Assembly (NCBI RefSeq): GCF_964355755.1
Contig: NC_092671.1
Location: 5,084,001 to 5,148,000 of the forward strand
Length of the DNA stretch: 64,000 bases
Reading direction: 5' to 3'
Source: Antedon mediterranea
Lineage: Eukaryota > Animalia > Echinodermata
Shown: piece by piece, positions 1 through 11,200 of the stretch
How positions within the stretch are numbered: position 1 is the first letter of the stretch
How the letters are laid out: the number at the start of each line of letters is the position of its first letter
The notes under the pieces: generated by a model
The model's database searches: none
Seen by the model: the letters and a program-made list of their open reading frames with translations, nothing else
Told to the model about the DNA's origin: nothing
Position numbers and translations under genes: made by a program

Positions 1-890
1 GAAATTGCGTCGATGAAAATTGCATGACGCAATGTAGATTGCGTCGATGCAATGTAGATTGCGTCGATGCAATGTAAATTGCGTCGATGAAAATTGCATC
101 GACGAAAATTGCGTCGATGAAAATTGCGTTGATGAAAACTGCATCGATGAAAATTGCGTCGATGAAAACTGCATCGATGAAAATTGATGTGACGAATTTA
201 ATTGATTATGAAAATTCCAAATGGTTTTAATTCAATCAATGATGAAAATTACTACTAGTAAAGTAAATGATGATGTTAATAATGATGTTAATAATGTTAT
301 TATGTTGCTAAAAATTGACGGTTTCTGAATATTTTGATATGATAAACATGTTTACCGCTTGCGCTAGCGCGCGTTATAGACAAGCGCACAGTGAGCGCGC
401 ACTAAAACAATGTTGAAATATATGCACTGATTAACATTTTAGTGATTTATTGTCAACACATTTTAGCAATGGATCCATTATTGTCCTTTCGGAAACATTA
501 TATCTTCTAGCTAATTGCTTCCGTTAATCCACCAGTACAGTACATAAAATTCAGATGTCCAGCATCCATGACATCATATTCAAATCAAACCGGCAGGGAG
601 ATCGCAATTTTCATCGATGAAAACTGCATCGATGAAAATATTTTTTTTTTTTCATCGATGCAGTTTTCATTGATGCAGTTTTCATCGACGCAATTTTCAT
701 CGACGCAATGTTCATCACATCGACTTAAATTTTCATTACATCAATACTATATTCATCGACGCAATTTTCATCACATCGACGCAATTTTCATTGCATCATC
801 GACGCGATTTTATCATCGCCTAAACTGGCATTCCATACTTATTGCGTGTGATCTGATTGGTGTATTAATAAATTCATCGCGATGAATTTT
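1..890. mobile_element. Foldback-type element: arrays of a ~15-bp unit (GAAAATTGCGTCGAT) at 1-195, inverted at ~600-890; left end outside window
   Basis: Left array gaaaattgcgtcgat/gaaaactgcatcgat; right array is its reverse complement (atcgacgcaattttc); AT-rich spacer between. Confidence 0.7.
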
Positions 891-1149
891 TCAGTAGATG
901 TAATGAGACAGTTCAGTAGATGCAATGACAGTTAATTTAATTGTTCTGCTCTTTTTGTACAAATCTATACTACTTTATATTATGGATGTTGTAGTACTGT
1001 TAAAATTATTAAATCTCTGGAAGTGTGTTTTACGCAAATTTATGCGTTTACGGTTTTAAAATGCACTACGCACGCAGTATTCCAAAATGTCTTACTAATC
1101 ATAGAAAATCATATTGTATCATATCATATTATATCCATTCTTTAAATTC

Positions 1150-2200
1150 ATATTCTTTATCCAAAACTAAATTGGTATAGTAAAACACAGTGCTAGCAAT
1201 TTATCATATTATTAAATGTTTCCTATTCTTTATCATTGTGTTTTACTCTAACCAAATTGGTTGTAGTAAAACACAGTGATAAATTGCTATGTAATGACAT
1301 TTATCATGTTATTAAATGTTTCCTATTCTTTATCGTTGTGTTTTACTCTAACCAAATTGGTTATAGTAAAACACAGTGCTAAATTACTATGTAAATGTCA
1401 TTTATCATGTTATTAAATGTTTCCTATTCTTTATCGTTGTGTTTTACTCTAACCAAATTGGTTATAGTAAAACACAGTGATAAATTACTATGTAAATGTA
1501 ATTTATCATATTATTAAATGTTTCCTATTCTTTATCATTGTGTTTTACTCTAACCAAATTGGTTATAGTAAAACACAGTGATAAATTGCTATGTAAATGT
1601 AATTTATCATGTTATTAAATGTTTCCTATTCTTTATCGTTGTGTTTTACTCTAACCAAATTGGTTATAGTAAAACACAGTGCTAAATTGCTATGTAAATG
1701 TCATTTATCATGTTATTAAATGTTTCCTATTCTATATCATTGTGTTTTACCATAATCAAATTGGTTATAGTAAAACACAGTACTAAATTGCTATGTGAAT
1801 GTCATTTATCATGTTATTAAATGTTTCCTATTCTTTATCATTGTGCTTTACTCTAACCAAATTGGTTATAGTAAAACACAGTGATAAATTGCTATGTAAA
1901 TGTCATTTATCATATTATTAAATGTTTCTTATTCTTTATCATTGTGTTTTACTCTAACCAAATTGGTTATAGTAAAACACAGTGCTAAATTGCTATGTAA
2001 ATGTAATTTATCATATTATTAAATGTTTCCTATTCTTTATCATTGTGTTTTACTCTAACCAAATTGGTTATAATTTATTTAATTTCATTTCAAAAGACAT
2101 TTACCTAAATTGCTATTTCAATGTCATTTATCAAATTATTAAATGTTTCCTATTATTTATCTGGTTATATAGTAAAACACTGTGCTAAATTGCTATTGTA
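1150..2200. repeat. 101-bp tandem satellite, ~10 copies, each with a ~40-bp hairpin
   Basis: ttatcat anchor recurs at 1301, 1402, 1503 and onward (period 101); each unit contains tgtgttttactctaaccaaattggttatagtaaaacaca. Confidence 0.95.
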
Positions 2201-2937
2201 TTAAGGACGAGTTCCGAGAAGATGTATTCAAAGCTACAACCAATCAGAACAGTGTTAATCAATATAGTCCATGGCTACAACCAATCAGAAACGTCCAAAT
2301 CGCAATAACCCCTAGGCTAATAGAAAATATTGGTCCAAGTAGCCTTTTCAACCAGACGTTGCGAGGTTTAAAAAGTAAAACATGATTTACTCGCCAGTTT
2401 GGTATAGTTTATATACCTGAAGTATCATGTTGCATGCTCCTCTCTCTTTCTGCTGGGGATTTTCCAAGTTTTCAAATCACAACACCGATTTCAAAAAGAC
2501 AAATACATTATATTAGCCTTTCTAGAAATAGCCCAGGGCGTTTTTTTAAACAAAGATGATTAAAGAATAAGGTAAAGTATACAGTACAGGCCTAACAAAC
2601 ATGTTTGGATCCATCGAACATAACACATGATGATGCAAACAAAAGAGTGACCGGTGGTGTGCCTAGGCCTAGGTCTGCAGTTGAGTTTGTACGTGACCAA
2701 AGATCGTATATAGAGCGCCACGCAGTGGTGGCGCTATTATAGTATCTTTGGTAGTGACCGTGGGGATTCTCTAGGCCTAGCCTACCTAGTACCCCTTTTA
2801 CACCGCAGAGCTTATAACAAGCCTGTGTCGTATCCAGATTAATTTCCTTTTCACACCTGATTCATTAAACCGGGAATGACACGGTACATGTATTAACACT
2901 GCAAAATATCAACCCGTGTAAAATGTTATACTACTGT

Positions 2938-3748
2938 TATATATGTTATGCGCGATTTGAACGATTTGCGCAATTTGAAATTGCGCAAAAAAATCCTTGC
3001 GCAATTTTAAATTGCGCAAAGAATTCTTGCGCAATTTTAAATTGCGCAAGGATTTTTTTGCGCAATTTCAAATTGCGCAATCAACTTGCGCAATTTCAAA
3101 TTGCGCAAGAAAATCTTTGCGCAATTTTAAATTGCGCTGCACAATTTGTAAATTGCGCAAGATAGTTCTTGCGCAATATGACACCTTTGCGCAATTTGAA
3201 AACGAACTGTAAATTTTCCCATACATGGCTAGGCTAGGCCTAGGCAGAGGAGTTTAAAATTTAGTATTTTATTATATAAATAAGACCATTTCAATGAAGA
3301 TAATGTTTAATACTCACTTTTTAAGTTTTTAATATTAGTTTAAGCTAGGCCATGTAACCTAGTCAGTATCAGTAGTCCAGACCCTAGCTAGGCTAGAGTA
3401 GTATTGCCGGCCGCCCGCGCCGCGCCCGCCTGGTGGAACACCACCGCTTCGTTTTCCTTCGTCGGTTCTTCGACGGTATGCTAACTTATAACAATATTTG
3501 CACTACTAAAATAAGGAAATGCGATATTTATCTTTAATTTTGAATCATTCTTAGAAATTACTATAAAAATATGGGTGTGCATGATTTCACAATCTGTCGA
3601 AAAACCTTGCGCAATTTGCAGATTACTTGCGCAATTTAATACGTTGCTTGCGCAATTTGAAACACATGTTTCAATTCAAATTGCGCAAGGATTTTTTTTG
3701 CGCAATTTCAAATTGCGCAAATCGTTCAAATCGCGCATAACATATATA
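2938..3748. mobile_element. Non-autonomous TIR/foldback element with TTGCGCAA palindromic subrepeats
   Basis: Left end tatatgttatgcgcgatttgaacgatttgcgcaatttgaaattgcgcaa is mirrored by the right end ttgcgcaatttcaaattgcgcaaatcgttcaaatcgcgcataacatata; TA-rich flanks. Confidence 0.85.
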
Positions 3749-4330
3749 TTAAGTGCATAGGCTAGATGAATCGAAATATCACCCCCCTCACGCATGAAAG
3801 TCTAGAGACACCCTCTAGTAAAGGTCTGCTCATTACACCTCCTACAATTTTGCGTCCCGGGTTAACTTGACGTTGAATACATTCCTTTGTTACTATTTAA
3901 AATGTATTGTCTCCAAAAAACATGAAAAATTAATTAAATAGGTAATTTCACAGTTTTAATCAAGTTAATCACTTCCGTAGTAGGAAAACAAAAATCTTTT
4001 CACTTATAAAAAGACAAAATATATGGTTAAATTCAACCAAAAACCCATTGACTTCCAGTCAATTTGACTATTTTTTTTGGCGTTAAATTAAAGTTTATTC
4101 AGGTAAAAAAATTGTTTTTATCCAATTTTTTATGAATGATTATTATATGACATTAAAATGGTATATTCAACAGTATAGTATAGTACAGCAGTATCATAGA
4201 TTGATATCCTTCTTGACTCTTTACTTACATACAAGAAAACAATGTATATAAATATTTCTTTAATTCTTTCTTAAATTGCACAAAATTGATCTATTATTCC
4301 TAGAATTATTGACTAGAAGAGAACAATCTA

Positions 4331-4485
4331 AAGCTCTATCTGTGACATTTTATGTGACAAAAAATGTGATGTGCCCATATATGGACATAATGATGTCATA
4401 TCACTACCATATTTGGCAATATCATGACCATATTTAAGCATATTACAATTTTTTGTCAAACTACTGTAGTTTGATTGTGTAGACA
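4331..4485. mobile_element. ~150-bp MITE family (TIR aagctctgtctacactatcaaa), degenerate copy
   Basis: Shares the core aaaatgtgatgtgcccatatatggac...atcactaccatatttgg with copies at ~23952, 26015, 39505, 39797, 47403, 48955, 51851, 56471 and 60111. Confidence 0.7.
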
Positions 4486-4667
4486 GTAGGTATCTCAATA
4501 GAGTTCATTGATGCTTTAGGTCCATTGTATTGGTTAAAATTGAATTTGTTTGTCTACCCTGATCTTCTATCTATCTAGTGTTAAAAAAATTGGCTTTGAC
4601 ATCAAAATCCAGTCAATTGATGGTGCATTGATCACTCTTCTAGAACTCTTTTCCAGTAATACATTAA

Positions 4668-5011
4668 AGATGTATTGTCCCCCAAAATAATGAAAAATAA
4701 AGATTTTTAAAATCGGACTTTGAATAGGCCATTTTGCAGTTTTAATGAAGTTGTTCACTTCCATAAGAAAAAAAAACGGGGGGAAAAAATTATTTCACCT
4801 ATAAAAAGACAAAATAAACAGTTAAATTACCCAAAAACTCATTGTCTTCCAGACAATTTGACCATTTTTTGCTTTAAATTAAATTTTTCTCAGGTAAATA
4901 AATTTTTTTCAGACCCAATTTTTTGTGAGAGTGAATAACTATTATGTGACATTAAAATAACATATTCAACAAAAAATTTAAAAAATATTTTTTTAGGGGG
5001 ACAATATATCT
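4668..5011. mobile_element. TTAA-flanked MITE (Kolobok/piggyBac-type target), family A
   Basis: ttaa|agatgtattgtcccc...ggggacaatatatct|ttaa; homologous to 11675-12024 and 45868-46200, with partial copies near 3900-4170 and 50340. Confidence 0.85.
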
Positions 5012-5281
5012 TTAAAGGCTATGATAGGAGTTCAAGATTTTTATACTACATCCTCGAAATGTGGGCTCACAGCCAAATTTCAGTATCCAATAAACTCTAG
5101 ATGCTTATGTTGGTTTGATAGATTTGACTGCTCTATGTGTTTTATTTATTTTTAAAGAGGGTAACCCTTCCACTTTAGCAACCAGTGGGGCAATTCTTTT
5201 TTTAAAACAAAGTGTGACTTTGATTTGATTTTTTGATAAACATTTTGTCTTTGTCACTGTAAACAGATCTCACCAGATGTC

Positions 5282-8200
5282 ATGGATTCTTCAGATTCTG
5301 AAGACTGTTTTTGGTGCCATTTAAATTCAGAAGATATTTTCGAAGAATATATTAGAATACCTGACTGGCTGAACAAAGCAAATAATAGTTTAAAGCACTG
5401 CATAGAATGTGTTAAGAGTTACCACAAAGGAAGATATGAATTTGTAGCTCGTATACCTGATGGAGAACAGGTACTATTTTTTCTTGACATTTAACCTTTA
5501 CATGGTCCAACTCTAAAGGCTAGGGATGACCGATCACATACTAATTTTTGTGCTGTCAAAAAGTATGTATATACAGTACAATAATTAAAAAATAAAATAA
5601 GACGATGTATGACCATATTAATTAACCTTACAATTATTCCTCTGTGGGATAATGAACGTCCATTCGTATAATACCATTCAAACAATTATGGTCAAGGTGC
5701 TGTGGACTGAATGTTTTACTTTTCAACTATGTGCTTCTTCACTAATGGCTGTGCCATGTCAAAGAAGTGAACATATTTTTAAATATAAAATTTTATACTA
5801 TAGTATAGTACACAAATAATGAATAATTTATGATTTGAATGGTAGAATATTTTCATTGGTTGAAAGATTGACTGCTTTCCAATTGTTTATTAGACACACC
5901 TTTATTGAGGATTATAAGGAAACATTTTTGAGTAAATTTTTGCTTTGTTATAGGCTCTTTTTGCAATTGAGGTAGAGCGACTGTTAAACTCCTTTGATGG
6001 ACTAATAACAAGACATGAGCAAAGTCTAAATGACAACCAAGTTAACAGTAATGATAACCAGACTAACAGTGATGATAACCAGGTTAACAGTAATGATAAC
6101 CAGGTTAACAGTGATGATAACCAGGTTAACAGTAATGAAAAGATGAACTTCGAGTGGTGTCGATCACAATCCCAATATGATTTCCCTCTACCAATCCCGG
6201 TACAAGAAATCCTTATGTTTCCATTTTATCTTCAAGATATAGAAGTTGGTAAGTTAATGCTTAAAGTGTCTCGATTGATTCAAATTTTAAATCCGAGTGA
6301 CGGCAAACGTTTCAGACATTTAATCCGTCTATATGTCTCTCCTCTCAGAAGCTAATTTTTTTTAAAGATGAAAATGTGTATGTTTTAACGCAGTAGTATT
6401 TTATAAATATTTTAAGGTTTTTAATATAATTGTTTATACAGTTTTCAACACTCATGCTTTTTATCTATTTTTTATTTTTTTATATTTTAATGTATTTTAT
6501 TGTATAATAACCAAAGGAAATTTCCATTTTATGAACGAATATATAATCTTATAATAATATAATATTATATCATATTTGATACAGTAAACCAAAGGCAGAA
6601 CTTATTTTATAGGGATGTACAACAAGTTTTATGTTATTGAGTATGAATGTAATGCAATTTAATAATGTATGTTTTTTATTGTATGTTACAGATAGGAAGT
6701 TTTGTCGCCTAATGACAGTTCTTCAGAAAGTTGAACAGCTGCCTGTTATGCCTCAAGATCAACCTTACTGTGGATTGTTCTTGCTTTTAATTCATCCCTG
6801 TCATTTGGTAAGACTAAGATAATAAATTAATAGATCCTCTATTAAGGGGACACCTTCGTGACCCAAGTTTCCACTTAAGCTTTTTTTCCCTTCCACTAAT
6901 ATGCATTGCAAGAACATAAGAGGGTTTGCAGCAGTGTTGCATGTATTGACCTTCGTTTCTTTCACTATAAAGTATAAAATGTCCCATTAATAGGGACGTC
7001 ACCAGACTATTTAATTATTTATTATGGTTCAAAAACATCTGTTACACCAGCAGCAAAAGCTGAAAAGGATGGATTACAATAAAAAAAAAACACAAGAAAT
7101 CAACATACTATACAAATATATATGATTTAAAAAAAAAACTAGTTGCAAGAAGTTAACCTACAAATTACATCTAGATAAGTATACACCTATACCTCTCAAA
7201 ACTATTGTACCACTTCTGTGAGATTTAGTACTGGGTCAGATTTATATGGCTGTAATCTAGTAGAAGCCAAACACCTTTACCAAATGCTAGGATAAGGTTT
7301 TCTTTACAATACTCAAAGCAGGTAACCCAACATTATCAACCTGGGCCAGACCATGGGCTCTCTTTTGTATTCTTTCAATTTGATTAGATTGTTGGGTAGG
7401 GTGGGTGTTCCAACGAGATGAGTTATATATTGTAAGGAGTTAAGTACTCTGAATGAAATACTTGGCAAAATGCACAGAAGGACAGAGGGTGTGCTAATAA
7501 TATTAATAATAATAATAATAATTTTGATAAGCTTTTATCAATCAAACTTCTATAATACAAAAAAAACAAAGCAAGTAATATATAGTACTTGAAAAATGTA
7601 CTGTAGAACTGTGCATTACAGTATTTAGATTAGATTAGATTTTTGACACTAAAATGTCTCTTTTAAGGTTGCAAAATATGCAAAGGATTCACTATCATTT
7701 TATAAAAATATGGAAATGGAGACTTCTGATGAATTGGCAGTTGTTATCAATTTAATTTTGTCCGTCATAAGTTTTGATTTGTTTGAAAATCCTGTTTTGG
7801 AAAACCGTGTCTCGGATGACCCTCCAAGCGCTCTTCAGTTTTTATCCGAACATTTGTTTCCTAGGCAACAATTGTGTTACTGGAAAGGTATGTATGTAGA
7901 CATGTAGTCATAAATTGTTTATATTTTTTAAAAAATTTCATACGCATCCAACAGCGAGTAACTCGCCAATTACAGGGTGGATAAACGATTTTACAATTTA
8001 CCATGCTTATAAACTAAGTTTGAGGCTTAGTGAGTGGAGTTGAAAGAGTTACAACCTTGCACTAAGGTCAGGATTGAACAATGGACTTTTTTTTCTGGCA
8101 AGGTATACAATGTAGATATGTACATCTTCTCCATATGACGCTTAGAAAGTATATACCGAATATTATCATGCAATGTGGTTTTTCTGTAATTCAATGCATT

Positions 8201-11200
8201 TTTTGTCTTATTATTTTATTATTCAAAATATGTTCAATTACGTAAACAAATTTAAACACGAGTGGGTTGTGCATCATTGATGCTCTTGTTAGTTACTTAA
8301 ATGAACTAGTCTTGTTTAGTTACCTAAACTAGTTAGTCTAACTTAACTAGTCTTGTTTAGTTACCTAAACTAGTTAGTCTAACTTAACTAGTCTTATATT
8401 ACAGGTTGTGATTGAAATTGAAATAATTAACTGTAGACAACATTTTGTTATTACATAAATAAGAATTACCGGTACTTGTAAAAATCAGATCACTGTAAAG
8501 AAATTATTTTAAAAATGTAGGCTTATGTTGTCTGCTACAAGTGCTTGGCAATGACAGCTTAAATGACCTTGGCAGCAGAGTGCATGAAGAAATGACCCGC
8601 ATTATTTACTCTTCTCTTGGTAAGTACTGTGTTGATGCAATTCATGAATTTTAAAAGAGAAAAAAAAGTGAAAAATTCTATTTAAAACAAGGCCATATAC
8701 ATGGCTGCAGTCGCGTGCTCAAGTTAGTGTTTACCGACCGACCGACATAGTGAGCTGTAGAGTCGCGTTGCATGCAACTAAAAATAAAAAATTAATATCG
8801 TAAATGCTCTGGTATGATCCCACTCACTAGAACTCAACATTTTTCCGACTTTGGTGGGTGGAACTATACCCAGGGAAACCCTGAATTGGTAAGCATTTCT
8901 TGTGAATAAATTACCCCCAATTTCTTGGCAGCAGAAATAGGATTTTTGGTAATATTACCGTTTTTGTCAATGATAAACCACTAATGTAATGGTTATTTGG
9001 GAGCACAAATTTAGCAGAAATGCAGCTGGTTTTAGTTATGCAGCAGAAACATACCCATTGTGAGTTGTATACTGTACACTTGTAGAAACAGTCTTGAAAT
9101 GAAGAAGTCACCCAGTATAAATCTATTAAATAATTAATATAATTTTCGGACAAAATTTCATTGTTTATTTTTACAGAATCCTCTAACGATGAGACATTTT
9201 GGCCAAAACTCGAAGGTTTCCACCAACTTCTGGATAAATTAGGATTTCGTGTTTGGCAGTATTTGTCTGCTTCCATTCAAGATGTTTTTGAATGTATTTT
9301 TGACCATGGTTGCATTCAAGAAGCCATAAACCATCTGAAAGAGTAAGATTAACATTCTACCTTTTTATCTAAAACTAATAGCAAAGTATTCAGTGAAAAT
9401 AGAAATAAAAAAAATTGTTTGTTTAAAAAGCTTGTGGTTGAAATATATATGTACATTTTGTTTGCCAACATTTATTATGAAAAATCTGTATTTTGAACAA
9501 ACACTTTTGTTCAAAAATATTGATTAACCAATCAGTAGGTCTATGATTATTTGATTTTATTAATAAGATAATTAAACTGGTTTTTCAGTCAATGCCCTTC
9601 AGTTGAATTTTTACTGAACTGTTTTCTGTTTCTTCTTCTTCTGAAGAAAGAAAGAAGTCCACAATGCAATTTTTAAAAAGCTGAGAGCTACTGACTATGA
9701 CAAAATTGCATCTATTTTATTTTATGTGTTGATGTTATTTTTCTATATTTATTATAGCCCAATGTGCTAATTGTATCTGGTAACATTTTAAAAAACTATA
9801 TTTTTTTGCCCATTTTTTTTCAGCAATAATCAGGAAAGAAGCGAAAATCAAAGAAAAGACCAATTTTCAAAAAAAGAATGTGATAAATACACCCCATATA
9901 CTTGGGTGAAAGCTTTTGTATCATCATTGTTGGATTCAATAGAATTGAGCAATCAATTTATCATCACAGTGCTTGACAAATTGGTTACAATGATAAATGA
10001 TGAGTTGTTCAGGAATATCTTTCTGAGTGTATCAAACCGAAAACCAAATCTGTTCTTAAAACACATGATAGAGTGTTTGGTTGAGGTATTGGAATGTCTG
10101 AAGAGCGTCCATTTCCATGGTATAGCATTCATTCATTTTTCTGAAAGTTTTGGAGTTATCACCCGCTTTCTAACGAAGTATCCCCAAGAAATAACTGATC
10201 AGATCTCTGAAAATTGGCAGGACACACCAGTAACATTTTTCAAAAAGATGCTCCAATTAAGTGTGGAACATGTATATGTGAAGGAATCAAAGGCCTTGGT
10301 TATTGAATTGGATAAGGTTTTGTCGAGAAAAATAGTTTTTGAGGTTATTAATTCAGATGTTCTAAAAACACTGTTAGAAAAAGCTGTTGAAAAGCTAAGC
10401 TCTATTCCAATTGGAGAAATGACTGTGGAAGACTATGAAGAGTGTGATTATCCATTCATACCATTTGAAATCAAAATAGAGCCTCCAGATGATTCTGATT
10501 CCAATTCTAGTCAACACCATGTTTTTAATAAAGAAGACATGGATCAACTAGTAGCAGAAGAAAACGACAAAAGAGAGGTTGGGGAAACAGTTGAAAAAGA
10601 GGTTGAGGAAGTGGTCGCAAAAGGGGTTGAAGAAATGGTCAAGAAAGAGGTTGATGAAATGGTCGAAGAAGGGTTTGAGAAAATGGTCAAAACCAAAGGA
10701 AATGATGAGTATATCTGGATAAGTTCTGATGATGAAGATCAAATTTCAGGTCAGTAATAATTGTGCTATATAATTAGTTTTATACTATTGATGATAACCA
10801 GAGATAATGCTAGACAATTACAGTATAGAAGGTCGGTGTCAAAGGGTTAGTGGTGGGAAAAAACATTCTTATCTAAATGTTTCTTGGGTGTGGGTGTTTC
10901 TAGGCTGTGTAGAATTCTTCAAAGAAGGTGAGTTCCCCAACCCATCTCTGAGCAGCACATATATCCTTCAGAAGTTTTTAGAAATTAAGTCTGCTAGCAG
11001 ATTCTCTGCCTATACTGTAAGTAAAGTATTAAATCATCCAATTAAAAGTTAACCTGCTGATAAAATGCATTATCACTTTTTGCACATTTACAATATATTT
11101 GCCATTAAATTAAATGTCAACCATTTTTTAAATCAATATTTCTGTTATGCCCAGTAAGCAGTATCTGCTGACCATGTTTTGTTTTTCCTTTCTGGCAACA

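Noticed and set aside
568-885. 105-aa ORF, and similar ORFs at 2923-3212, 3575-3760, 17074-17555, 32073-32270, 33035-33319
   Set aside because: Translations of TE subrepeats or minisatellites; no domain or exon context.
1150-2200. CRISPR-like appearance (palindromic repeats at regular spacing)
   Set aside because: The intervening sequences are near-identical rather than unique spacers, there are no cas genes and the context is eukaryotic.
10548-10742. Antisense ORFs here and at 28518-28835
   Set aside because: Opposite-strand shadows of repetitive SETX coding sequence.
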